DNA from: Minisyncoccota bacterium | Lineage (GTDB): Bacteria; Patescibacteriota; Minisyncoccia; SW-4-49-11 | Assembly (NCBI GenBank): GCA_032117235.1 | Contig: JAULZW010000005.1 | Span: forward strand, 97,264-145,480 | Direction of reading: 5' to 3' | DNA length: 48,217 nt | Shown: one piece after another, positions 9,707-18,477 of the stretch | How positions within the stretch are numbered: position 1 is the stretch's first letter | Layout of the letters: each line of letters opens with the position of its first letter | Translations under genes and position numbers: made by a program | Notes under the pieces: model-generated | Database searches by the model: none | Told to the model about the DNA's origin: nothing | What the model saw: the letters and a program-made list of their open reading frames with translations, nothing else

Positions 9707-10471
9707 ATGGAAGAGCAGCTATTATCAAAATTACGGTCACTTGGATTTTCAGATAAAGAATCTAAGGTTTATGTGGCTTCATTAAAATTAGGTTCAGCTC
9801 CAATTCAAAAAATTGCTAAATTAGCTACCGTTAATAGAGCTACTACTTATGTAGTTGTTCAAGGATTTATGAATAAGGGACTTATGAGCTCTTATACTAA
9901 GGGTAAAAAAAGATTATTTACTCCAGAATCTCCAGACAAATTATCAGCTTTGATTAGAGAAGATAAGGCTGTCATAGAAGCTAAAGAAAATACTATTAAT
10001 CAAATTTTACCATCTTTAAGTGGTTTATATGATACTACTCAAGGTGGTAATAAGCCACAAGTGAAATTTTATGAAGGTAAATTAGGTCTAAGTGCGGTCA
10101 GAGAAGAGATTTTAAAGACTAAACATAAAGAAGCTTTCAGTATTTTTAATTTAGATTCTCTTGAAAGAGTGTTTACTCCTGAAGAAAGTAATAGTTTTAC
10201 TAAAAAGCGTATAGCTAAAAAGATTAGTTCTCACTCAATATACTCTTCTTCTAAAGGGGATATTCTAGCAGATTCTAAGACCGATAGAAATTTGTATAGC
10301 TATATTGATCAAAGTAAATATAATTCACCAATTGACATTTCAGTCTTTGATGATAATCTGGCTATTACATCTTATAAAGAACCTATGATGTCAGTTCTCA
10401 TTCAAAATGAATCAATTGCTAACGCCATTAGGCAGATTTTAACTTTAGTAGAAAAATCAGATACTAAATAG
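9707..10471 (+). CDS. TrmB-family transcriptional regulator
   Basis: LGFSDKESKVY..L HTH, RATTY, PQVKFYEGKLG, C-terminal PLD-like effector domain. Confidence 0.85.
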   Translation: MEEQLLSKLRSLGFSDKESKVYVASLKLGSAPIQKIAKLATVNRATTYVVVQGFMNKGLMSSYTKGKKRLFTPESPDKLSALIREDKAVIEAKENTINQILPSLSGLYDTTQGGNKPQVKFYEGKLGLSAVREEILKTKHKEAFSIFNLDSLERVFTPEESNSFTKKRIAKKISSHSIYSSSKGDILADSKTDRNLYSYIDQSKYNSPIDISVFDDNLAITSYKEPMMSVLIQNESIANAIRQILTLVEKSDTK

Positions 10472-10503
10472 AAAAGAGGGGCAACATACTGTCACCCCTC
10501 TAT
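10472..10503. terminator. Intrinsic terminator, likely bidirectional, with a U-tract on the minus strand
   Basis: aaaagagggg-caacatactgtca-cccctctat. Confidence 0.75.
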
Positions 10504-10563
10504 TAATTCTAATTAGATCACATAGTCATTTCTTTACTACCTGTTGAGGTAGTCTGAAACTAC
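10472..10563 (-). ncRNA. Candidate unknown small RNA (~90 nt)
   Basis: Lies between a consensus minus-strand promoter and a terminator; internal hairpin actacct-caac-aggtagt; only a 3-codon ORF. Confidence 0.5.
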
Positions 10564-10569
10564 TAGAGC

Positions 10570-10598
10570 ATTATATCAAAAAATTAAAATCTTGTCAA
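10570..10598 (-). promoter_or_regulatory. Consensus sigma70 promoter with extended -10
   Basis: Minus strand reads TTGACA-agattttaattttttga(17)-TATAAT. Confidence 0.8.
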
Positions 10599-10606
10599 GT
10601 TTAGTA

Positions 10607-10647
10607 AATCTAAAAGGGAGATTGTAACACAGTCTCCCTTTTAGATT
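10607..10647 (-). terminator. Terminator of infC-rpmI-rplT
   Basis: aatctaaaagggagattgt-aac-acagtctcccttttagatt long inverted repeat just downstream of rplT. Confidence 0.8.
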
Positions 10648-10659
10648 ATAATATTGAGT

Positions 10660-11001
10660 TTATTTAGTTAACTCCAAGATATGAGTAAATACTTTTGGCT
10701 TTTGCTCTGCTAAATATGCTAAGCTCTTACGATCAATCTCTACATTAGCTTTATTGAGGTTATTTATTAATCTGCTATAAGCTATTCCATTGGCTCTACT
10801 AGCAGCATTAATTTTAGTTTGCCACAATATTCGCTTATCTCTTTTCTTATTGCGTCTATCTCTATAACTATAGCTCCAAGCATGTAATAATGCTTCTTTT
10901 GCAGCTCGGAAATTAGTTTTTCTTCGCCATTGAAAACCCTTTGCATGTTGCAATAAGTTTTTTCTTCTTTTACTTGCGGTTACTCCTCGTTTAATTCTCA
11001 T
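10660..11001 (-). CDS. rplT: 50S ribosomal protein L20
   Basis: MRIKRGV...YRDRRNKKR...LW..KINA...IDRKSLA. Confidence 0.97.
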   Translation of the reverse strand: MRIKRGVTASKRRKNLLQHAKGFQWRRKTNFRAAKEALLHAWSYSYRDRRNKKRDKRILWQTKINAASRANGIAYSRLINNLNKANVEIDRKSLAYLAEQKPKVFTHILELTK

Positions 11002-11018
11002 AATATAATTTTAAATAC

Positions 11019-11210
11019 TTATTGATTCAATACTCTCTTGAGTTTCTTGATTGAGGTATCAATAATTTGAGTTTTTCTTTTAGATCTTCTAGAGTCTCCA
11101 GATTGCTTTGCTAAAAAGTGGTTTTGAGCTACTTTAAGAGCTATTACCTTGTCATTTTTGGTTAAGGTAATTCTTTTTGACAATGATTTACGTGTCTTAA
11201 GCTTAGGCAT
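11019..11210 (-). CDS. rpmI: 50S ribosomal protein L35
   Basis: MPKLKTRKSLSKR; lies between infC and rplT. Confidence 0.93.
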   Translation of the reverse strand: MPKLKTRKSLSKRITLTKNDKVIALKVAQNHFLAKQSGDSRRSKRKTQIIDTSIKKLKRVLNQ

Positions 11211-11263
11211 ATATTCAGATTATAAATTAAACTCTCAATTTGATGATATAAATTTTATCACAA

Positions 11264-11797
11264 TTAAATCTTTTTTGCAAGTATTACGCTAAATCCTTGA
11301 GGAGATTTTTTTAATTCTTGCTCTAGGCGTATATTTTCTGGTAAAGTGTTTAGTATATTTTTCATTTTTATAGCTGCTTGATCAGTGAATGCTTTTTCTC
11401 TTCCTCTAAGGTACATATCCATTTTAACTTTATGTCCTTGTTCAAGGAACTTATAAGTCTGTTTTAATTTTACATCTAAATCATGTGCTTCAATTTTGAA
11501 CCCAATTCTCAATGTTTTTAATTCCACCTTTTTCTGCTTGGCTTTGTGAAGTCTCTGTTGCTTGGATTGAGTGTATAAAAATTTCCCATAATTCATAATT
11601 TTACATACGGGAGGTTTGCTATCAGGAGCTATCTCTACTAAATCTAAACTAGCTTCACGAGCTTGCTTGAGGGCTTCTTCTAATAGGACTAATCCTATCA
11701 TTTTTCCAGTTGCATCTACTAATCTTACTTCTGGACTAGTAATATTTGCATTGATTCTTTGGTTTGTTTTTGATGATTGCTTAGTTTGCTGTGACAT
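11264..11797 (-). CDS. infC: Translation initiation factor IF-3
   Basis: RINANI...EVRLV, LDLVEIAP..KPPVCKIMNYGKF. True start uncertain, since infC often uses a non-ATG codon. Confidence 0.95.
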   Translation of the reverse strand: MSQQTKQSSKTNQRINANITSPEVRLVDATGKMIGLVLLEEALKQAREASLDLVEIAPDSKPPVCKIMNYGKFLYTQSKQQRLHKAKQKKVELKTLRIGFKIEAHDLDVKLKQTYKFLEQGHKVKMDMYLRGREKAFTDQAAIKMKNILNTLPENIRLEQELKKSPQGFSVILAKKI

Positions 11798-11822
11798 TGA
11801 GTAATAAAGTTATTAATATATT

Positions 11823-12218
11823 TGGTGGAGATGATGGGAATTGAACCCATGTATAGCTCAGTATCTGTATACAATTACTTAGAGAAATAGGAAATTGCTT
11901 TTGAGTTGTAATATATTCTTAGTTAATTTCCAAAGATAGAATATATCAGAGCCATAAAAATTATTTTAGAATATATTCCTTATGGAGAAATATTTTCCTA
12001 TCAACATTTATATAACACCAAAGTTCTTTTATGTTGACTTAAAGATTTTGATGGCAGTGGCTAAATTAAATAATTAGGCTACTGCATAACCGAACCCGCT
12101 ATAGGATCGGTTTGCAAAAGGTTTTGCATTTAGGTTTGTCATATCTTGGGTCTCGTGATAGACAAACGAGTTCTCATTGTATATAGATGCAAATGAACTA
12201 GCAAAGCAAAACATCCCC
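11823..12218 (-). ncRNA. ssrA: tmRNA
   Basis: 5' GGGGATG pairs with 3' CATCTCC-ACCA with a G3.U wobble; T arm atggg-ttcaatt-cccat; tag ORF 12127-12074 AKPFANRSYSGFGYAVA*; directly downstream of smpB. Confidence 0.93.
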
Positions 12219-12228
12219 ATTAGAAGAC

Positions 12229-12672
12229 TTACTTTATTCGCAGTATTCTTTGTATAGATCGTTGTTCTTCTCTATTGCGAATACTATGGCGTTTATCAAT
12301 CTTTTTCTTACCCTTGGCAAGGACAATTTCAAGCTTGATAATACCATGACTTAAGTATAGCTTAATTGGGATAATTGTCAAGCCTGAAGCGGATTTTTTT
12401 GCAAGTAAAGATTTAATTTCAGACCTTTTTAATAAAAGTTTTCGAGAACGTTCAGTCTCATATTTAGTATCAATATGATTTTGGTAATGAGGTATATTGC
12501 AATTTATTAAAAATAACTCATCATCTTTAATATTTATATATGCTCCTTTGAGGCTGGCTCTACCTAATTTTACAGATTTAACTTCATTGCCTAATAACTG
12601 AATACCAGCTTGATAGGTTTCAAGAATTGTATAGTCAAAACTAGCTCTTATATTATTAGTGAGAATTTTCAT
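12229..12672 (-). CDS. smpB: SsrA-binding protein
   Basis: AGIQLLGNEVKS, RSRKLLL, LAKGKKKIDKR. Start at ATG 12672. Confidence 0.95.
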   Translation of the reverse strand: MKILTNNIRASFDYTILETYQAGIQLLGNEVKSVKLGRASLKGAYINIKDDELFLINCNIPHYQNHIDTKYETERSRKLLLKRSEIKSLLAKKSASGLTIIPIKLYLSHGIIKLEIVLAKGKKKIDKRHSIRNREEQRSIQRILRIK

Positions 12673-12693
12673 ATTATCATATAAATATATACC

Positions 12694-12727
12694 AGTATAG
12701 CACAAAAATACATTTCTATGCTATAAT
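12694..12727. promoter_or_regulatory. Back-to-back divergent extended -10 promoters (smpB / glycosyltransferase)
   Basis: Minus TGCTATACT and plus TGCTATAAT separated by 16 nt. Confidence 0.6.
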
Positions 12728-12759
12728 CAAAAATAATACATAAATGTATATCACACAAT

Positions 12760-13854
12760 ATGAGATTGATGATAAATGGGTACTTTCTAGCTAAACCTAA
12801 AACAGGTATGGGACAATATCTATTACAGATTTTGCTTCATCAAAAATGGGATTTAGAAATTATTATTTTAATTCCAGAATATTTACGAAAAGAGGTTGAA
12901 TACCTACCTAAATCTATCATACAAAGTATACAATATATTCAAACATTTTACTCTAGAAATGATTTATTGGCTCAAATGATTTGGGAAAAATTTTATTTTA
13001 CTCGAGAGGTTAATATTCAAAAAGCAGATATTGTGTGGAGTCCTCACCCTACAATTTCTACTATTCATAATATTAAACATATTATGACCCTTCATGATGT
13101 TATTTATTGGAGATTTCCATTATATATACCTAATTGGAGAGTTAGATTATATGTAGCTTTTTTAAGACAATCTATTCTGAAAGCAAGTCAAATTATAACA
13201 GTCTCTAAATTCTCAGCTAAAGAAATAGAAAATATTTTCAATATTTCATCTAAAAACATTCCCATTATATATAACTCTTCTCCCAAAATATATGTTAAAA
13301 ATATTAATCCTATTTTGAAAGAAAAATATATTTTTTATGAGGGAGGTTTGGATATGAGAAAAAACCTCTCAAAATTGATTCAAGCCTTTAGCTTAATATC
13401 TAATAAATATAAAGATGTTAATTTATGTATTGCGGGTAAATATTTTGATAGTCCAATAATACCTAATCTACCTGATTTAATTAAACAATATAATTTGCAA
13501 GATAGGGTAAAGTTGTTAGGGTATATATCAGATAAAGATATGTTGAGTTATATAAAATATGCCGAAACATTAGTTTACCCGTCACTATATGAAGGTTTTG
13601 GTATCCCAATTTTGGAAGGTTTTAGTTTGGGTACGCCAGTGATTACCTCTAATATAGGAGCAATGAAAGAAGTTGGTGCTGATGCTGTTATTGCGGTTAA
13701 TCCTAATTCTGTAAATTCAATCGCTCAAGGTATAGAAAGTATACTCAATGATGATTTATTAAGGCAATCTATAATTCATAAAGGCTTTGAAAGATTACAA
13801 GACTTTGATTGGTCTAAAAGTGCTTTAAAATTAGAATTAGTATTTAATAAATAA
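12760..13854 (+). CDS. Glycosyltransferase family 4 (GT-B)
   Basis: TLHDVI, ITVSKFS, RKNL, YPSLYEGFGIPILE. Confidence 0.92.
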   Translation: MRLMINGYFLAKPKTGMGQYLLQILLHQKWDLEIIILIPEYLRKEVEYLPKSIIQSIQYIQTFYSRNDLLAQMIWEKFYFTREVNIQKADIVWSPHPTISTIHNIKHIMTLHDVIYWRFPLYIPNWRVRLYVAFLRQSILKASQIITVSKFSAKEIENIFNISSKNIPIIYNSSPKIYVKNINPILKEKYIFYEGGLDMRKNLSKLIQAFSLISNKYKDVNLCIAGKYFDSPIIPNLPDLIKQYNLQDRVKLLGYISDKDMLSYIKYAETLVYPSLYEGFGIPILEGFSLGTPVITSNIGAMKEVGADAVIAVNPNSVNSIAQGIESILNDDLLRQSIIHKGFERLQDFDWSKSALKLELVFNK

Positions 13855-13940
13855 TAGTCTCAATATTAATAATACTACTTTGACTTTTCGTGTTTAATAA
13901 TGTATATTGTAATAAAGTATCGAATAGCAATTCAACATAT

Positions 13941-15125
13941 ATGGCAAGAATTAATCCAGAAATAGAGACGTTTGCAAAAATTAAGGTAGTTGGAGTTGGT
14001 GGCGCTGGAGGCAATGCTCTTAAAAGGATGATAGACTCTGATATTAAGGGTGTCGAGTTTGTGGCTGTGAATACAGATGCCCAGGATTTACACCATTCTC
14101 AAGCAGAGCACAAAGTGCATCTGGGTAAAAATTTGACTAGAGGTTTAGGTGCTGGTATGAACCCAGAAGTTGGGAGGAAGGCAGCTGAAGAAAGTAAAGA
14201 AGAAGTCTATCAAGCTGTAAATGGTTCTCATATGATATTTATTACTGCTGGTATGGGAGGTGGAACTGGTTCAGGTGCTTCTCCTGTAATTGCTCAAGCT
14301 GCTAAAGAGAGTGGGGCTTTGACTGTAGCCGTGGTTACAAAACCATTTGTGTTTGAGGGTATTCAGCGAAAAAGAATTGCTGAAGCAGCTTTTGAGGAAT
14401 TAAAGAAAAATGTAGATACAATTATTACTATTCCAAATGATAAAATTCTTAATATAATTGATAGAAATACTCCGGTTTTGGAAGCATTTGCTATGATTGA
14501 TGATGTTCTAAGGCAGGGAGTTCAGGGAATTTCTGATTTGATTACCACTCCTGGATTAGTTAATGTAGACTTTGCTGATGTTAGTGCTATTATGAAAAAT
14601 GCAGGTTCTGCCTTGATGGGGATTGGTAGTGCATCTGGTGAAAACAGAGCAGTTACAGCAGCTAAAATTGCTATCAATAGTCCATTGTTAGATATTTCAA
14701 TCAAAGGAGCTAAGGGGGTATTATTCAATGTAACTGGTGGTAAGGATTTATCTATGGCAGAGATTAATGATGCCGCTAATGTTATTATTGAGGCTATTGA
14801 TCCAGAAGCTCAAGTTATTTTCGGAGCTGTTATTAATGATAAATTGACTGAAGGAGAAGTACAGGTAACTGTAATAGCAACTGGATTTGATGCTAAAATT
14901 GTCAAATCAATCAATAATGAAAATGATAAAAATATAGTTCAAGAGCCTACTTTAGAAGAATTACAGCAAAGAGTTGATGAAGAGAAGCTTAAAAATAAGA
15001 TAGCAGAAGATAGATTCAGAGAATTAGAGTCTAAAAAAGATGAATTTATAAAAAATGTTGAATCAGACTCAGAAGACACATTTGAATTACCAGCTTTTAT
15101 TAGGAATAAATTAAATAAAAAGTAA
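13941..15125 (+). CDS. ftsZ: Cell division protein FtsZ
   Basis: [18 protein letters not shown] tubulin signature, NVDFAD, C-terminal ELPAFIR. Start at ATG 13941. Confidence 0.98.
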   Translation: MARINPEIETFAKIKVVGVGGAGGNALKRMIDSDIKGVEFVAVNTDAQDLHHSQAEHKVHLGKNLTRGLGAGMNPEVGRKAAEESKEEVYQAVNGSHMIFITAGMGGGTGSGASPVIAQAAKESGALTVAVVTKPFVFEGIQRKRIAEAAFEELKKNVDTIITIPNDKILNIIDRNTPVLEAFAMIDDVLRQGVQGISDLITTPGLVNVDFADVSAIMKNAGSALMGIGSASGENRAVTAAKIAINSPLLDISIKGAKGVLFNVTGGKDLSMAEINDAANVIIEAIDPEAQVIFGAVINDKLTEGEVQVTVIATGFDAKIVKSINNENDKNIVQEPTLEELQQRVDEEKLKNKIAEDRFRELESKKDEFIKNVESDSEDTFELPAFIRNKLNKK

Positions 15126-15129
15126 TAAT

Positions 15130-15158
15130 TTGCCAAAATAGTTAAAACTTTGTATAAT
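15130..15158 (+). promoter_or_regulatory. sigma70 promoter of tRNA-Glu
   Basis: TTGCCA-17-TATAAT. Confidence 0.65.
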
Positions 15159-15170
15159 GCAAAGACAAAT

Positions 15171-15248
15171 GGCCACATCGTCTAGCCTGGTCTAGGACAT
15201 CCCCCTCTCACGGGGAAAACAGGGGTTCGAATCCCCTTGCGGCTACCA
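15171..15248 (+). tRNA. tRNA-Glu(CTC)
   Basis: Anticodon arm tcccc-ctCTCac-gggga, T arm agggg-ttcgaat-cccct, encoded CCA. Confidence 0.95.
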
Positions 15249-15255
15249 TAAAATT

Positions 15256-16521
15256 TCATTTTGGTATTTTGTCCCTTAAAATACGGTGATAATTAACAGC
15301 AAATCTATGAGCTTCATCTCTAACTTGTTGTAAAATTTGAAGTGACTTATTACTTTTTGGCAATAAAATAGGTTTATCTTTATTAGGAATATAAATTTCT
15401 TCTAATCTTTTGGCAAGTGATATGATTGGAATTGATTTAAATTCAATATTTGCTTCTTGTTGTACTTTGATTACTGTTGAAAGCTGTCCTTTACCTCCGT
15501 CGATTAGTATCAAATCTGGAATAGGCCAGTCGGTCCTTTTGAATCTACGAGTTAAGGCTTGATTTAAGTTATAAAAATCATCTCCACCTTCTGGAGGTAG
15601 TTGAATTCTGAATTTCCTATATTGGTCTTTGGCGGGTTTGGCATTTTCAAATACTACCATAGAAACTACAGCTTTATCTCCATGAAAATGTGATGAGTCA
15701 TAGCCTTCAATCCGTTTTGGCACTTTATCTAATTGCAGTAGCCTTTGTAACTCTTCTATATATTTATGTTTATAGCTTTGACTAGTTTGAATAATACCTT
15801 TATGTAAGGATACTTTTTCTAGTGCCTCAATCTGATTTTTTACTTCCATAGCTTGCTCAAACTTCTGTAGCTTAGCATAACTTTGCATCTGAATATTTAG
15901 CTTCTTGAGTATACTTCTAGATTTTCCCTTCATTATATCTATAATCGTATTAAGATTATCTCTATAGCTTACTTCATCTATATTTTGTATACAGGGAGCA
16001 TCGCATTTACCTAACTTATAATAAATACAAGGTGTCTTTGGCATTGTTTTACAAGAGCGATAATGGAAATGTTTTCGCAATATTTTTAAGGTTTTTCTTA
16101 AAGCGTCACTACTTACAAAGGGTCCTAGAGAGTTTAGTTGATTTTCATAACTATCAAGATAAGTTTTATGAGCTACAAAAATTCTAGGAAAATCTTCTTT
16201 TGTCCAAACTAAATAAGCATAACTCTTATCATCTTTGAGCAAGACATTATATTTAGGATTATATTTTTTTATTAAATTAGATTCTAATATTAAAGCTTCT
16301 ATTTCGCCATCACAAGGTTTAATCTCTATCTTATCTATTTCACCTACCATTGCTCTTTTTGCTGAATTTAATGAATTGTTACTTCTAAAATAACTACCTA
16401 TTCTACTTTTTAGATTAACTGCTTTTCCAATATAAATAATTTTCTTCTCTTGGTTAGAGAAAATATAAACTCCAGATATTGAAGGTATTTCTTTAATTAC
16501 TGTATATAAATCAGTATTCAT
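15256..16521 (-). CDS. uvrC: Excinuclease ABC subunit C, shortened form
   Basis: GIY-YIG (GVYIF...YIGKA), UVR domain, RIEGYDSSH, DLILIDGGKGQ, RDEAHRFA; no C-terminal HhH domain. Confidence 0.93.
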   Translation of the reverse strand: MNTDLYTVIKEIPSISGVYIFSNQEKKIIYIGKAVNLKSRIGSYFRSNNSLNSAKRAMVGEIDKIEIKPCDGEIEALILESNLIKKYNPKYNVLLKDDKSYAYLVWTKEDFPRIFVAHKTYLDSYENQLNSLGPFVSSDALRKTLKILRKHFHYRSCKTMPKTPCIYYKLGKCDAPCIQNIDEVSYRDNLNTIIDIMKGKSRSILKKLNIQMQSYAKLQKFEQAMEVKNQIEALEKVSLHKGIIQTSQSYKHKYIEELQRLLQLDKVPKRIEGYDSSHFHGDKAVVSMVVFENAKPAKDQYRKFRIQLPPEGGDDFYNLNQALTRRFKRTDWPIPDLILIDGGKGQLSTVIKVQQEANIEFKSIPIISLAKRLEEIYIPNKDKPILLPKSNKSLQILQQVRDEAHRFAVNYHRILRDKIPK

Positions 16522-16612
16522 ATCTAAAAGCTATCAAATTATTCATAAAAATTATAATTATATGTTATAATAGTATCATACAATAATAATAATATATATC
16601 AAATAAATTATC

Positions 16613-17086
16613 ATGGCTACAATATTAAAAAGAAGTTTATATAAATCCACAGAAAATAGGGTTTTTACTGGAGTTGCTGCTGGAATTGGAGATTATATCA
16701 ACACTAGTCATATATTGATTAGATCTTTATTTATATTATTTGCCTTAGCTAGTGGAGTTGGTTTGATTTTTTACATAACTTTATCTATACTATTACCTAC
16801 AGAAGATGAAATAATAGAACAAGAAGATAATGAATTCTACTATAATGTTACACATGGTGTTATAAAAGAAGAAGATTTAATGTTATCTAGTCAATATTCT
16901 GATATTATAGATAAGATAGCATCTAAGCAAAATATAATAGCATTATTTATTATATTTATAGGAATATTTTTTTTACAGTTCAATCTGGCTCCATGGAAAT
17001 TAATTCCAGGAATATGGAGATATCCATCTATTATTATTACAATTGGCTTAGGGTTTCTATTAAAAAGTATAACTAAAAAGAAATAA
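16613..17086 (+). CDS. PspC domain membrane protein
   Basis: LYKSTENRVFTGVAAGIGDY...IRSLF...Y..L..LLP, plus two C-terminal TM helices. Confidence 0.8.
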   Translation: MATILKRSLYKSTENRVFTGVAAGIGDYINTSHILIRSLFILFALASGVGLIFYITLSILLPTEDEIIEQEDNEFYYNVTHGVIKEEDLMLSSQYSDIIDKIASKQNIIALFIIFIGIFFLQFNLAPWKLIPGIWRYPSIIITIGLGFLLKSITKKK

Positions 17087-17098
17087 TAAAAAATTTTT

Positions 17099-18076
17099 AT
17101 GAACAATGTTATAACAAAAGATAATTCAGTAGAAAAATCATCAAAAAAAGATAATATCAATATTAGTCTTGGTAAAATATATCTTTTTTTATTAATATTT
17201 AGCGTGTCATTGATATATTTTTATTCAGTCAATAAGGATGACTATTTATCAGTTTTGATCCCATATAGAGTTTTATGGCAAATAGCTATTATTTTTATAG
17301 GTATATCTATGTTGAGAGTCAAAAATACGGCTGCTTTTAGTGTCGGATTTTTTATAACATCATTAGCAGTAGGATTAACAATTACCTCAACTTTTGTATA
17401 TTCATATAATATATTAGACAATACTTATACTAAGATAGTTCCAGTTTTTGATGCTAGTGTTATATCCTCAGATATAAATTTTATATCTACCCAAGCTAAA
17501 ATTAAATCAGGCGAAATCAATTTATTCAAAAGTGATCTTTCTTCTAATTATGACACACTAATATCAAGTAACTATAGAGATGAAAACAAGATAGAAAATA
17601 TTAAATTAGAGCAAAATTTATTTCCACCAGGTTTTGGGACATATACTAAAAATTTAGACATAGTATTCCCAACTAATATTCCAATTTCATTTAATATTAA
17701 TGCTAACTTTTCAGATATTGAATTTGATTTATCTAATTTAAAATTTAAATCAGGTTCCATAAAAACCAATTCTTCTACATTAAATATGGTGATTAAAGAT
17801 ATTAATTTAGAAGAAGATGCTGTGTTAGATGTTAATGCTAATTTAAGTACATTAAATATTATTGTTTCTAAAGACATTCCAATTACTATATCTAATTCAT
17901 CTAGATTAAGTCAAAATGAGTTTATAGGAATATCTGAAAATTCTAATGATTCCAATTTCTATCAAAATTTAACTCAATATGATAGCTTGGAATCTGAATT
18001 ATCACAAAAAGAAATTAAAAAATTAATAATTAATCTTAGCTCTACATTATCTCAGGTTAAAGTGACACAAAACTAA
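17099..18076 (+). CDS. Membrane protein, LiaF/LiaG-like (three TMs plus beta-rich repeat domain)
   Basis: N-terminal TMs with LWQIAIIFIGISML; beta-strand repeats (DLSNLK...); follows the PspC gene. Confidence 0.5.
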   Translation: MNNVITKDNSVEKSSKKDNINISLGKIYLFLLIFSVSLIYFYSVNKDDYLSVLIPYRVLWQIAIIFIGISMLRVKNTAAFSVGFFITSLAVGLTITSTFVYSYNILDNTYTKIVPVFDASVISSDINFISTQAKIKSGEINLFKSDLSSNYDTLISSNYRDENKIENIKLEQNLFPPGFGTYTKNLDIVFPTNIPISFNINANFSDIEFDLSNLKFKSGSIKTNSSTLNMVIKDINLEEDAVLDVNANLSTLNIIVSKDIPITISNSSRLSQNEFIGISENSNDSNFYQNLTQYDSLESELSQKEIKKLIINLSSTLSQVKVTQN

Positions 18077-18077
18077 T

Positions 18078-18476
18078 ATGATTTTTGAAACCACTGAATA
18101 TAATATCAAATTGGTAACAATTTTTATTAGATGGTATTTTTTTGAAATACCTATTAAAATAATAAATCAATTATATGCATATATTAAGGTTATTATTAAA
18201 ATATATTCATTTGTGTTTTTATTAAAAACTTTTTTTTCACCATGGAAAAATCAATCTTACACATACCCAGATAAAGGTTTTGATATTAATCGTATATTAG
18301 AAGTTTGGACATCTAATATGGTGGCTAGAATAGTTGGGGCTTTTGTTCGATTCTTCACAATTTTAATGGGTGTACTTGCCTTAGTCATAACAATAATAAT
18401 AGGTATTGTGGTCTTGGTTATATGGATTATATATCCATTCCTCTTCTTTATATTAATTGTTAGTAGCTTTATATAA
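18078..18476 (+). CDS. Hypothetical membrane protein
   Basis: LLKTFFSPWK motif, hydrophobic C-terminal hairpin; 1-nt gaps to both neighbours. Confidence 0.7.
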   Translation: MIFETTEYNIKLVTIFIRWYFFEIPIKIINQLYAYIKVIIKIYSFVFLLKTFFSPWKNQSYTYPDKGFDINRILEVWTSNMVARIVGAFVRFFTILMGVLALVITIIIGIVVLVIWIIYPFLFFILIVSSFI

Positions 18477-18477
18477 T

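Noticed and set aside
15171-15248. A-C mismatch in the tRNA-Glu acceptor stem suggesting a pseudogene or integration scar
   Set aside because: The rest of the cloverleaf, the promoter and CCA are intact, and no duplicated 3' fragment was found.
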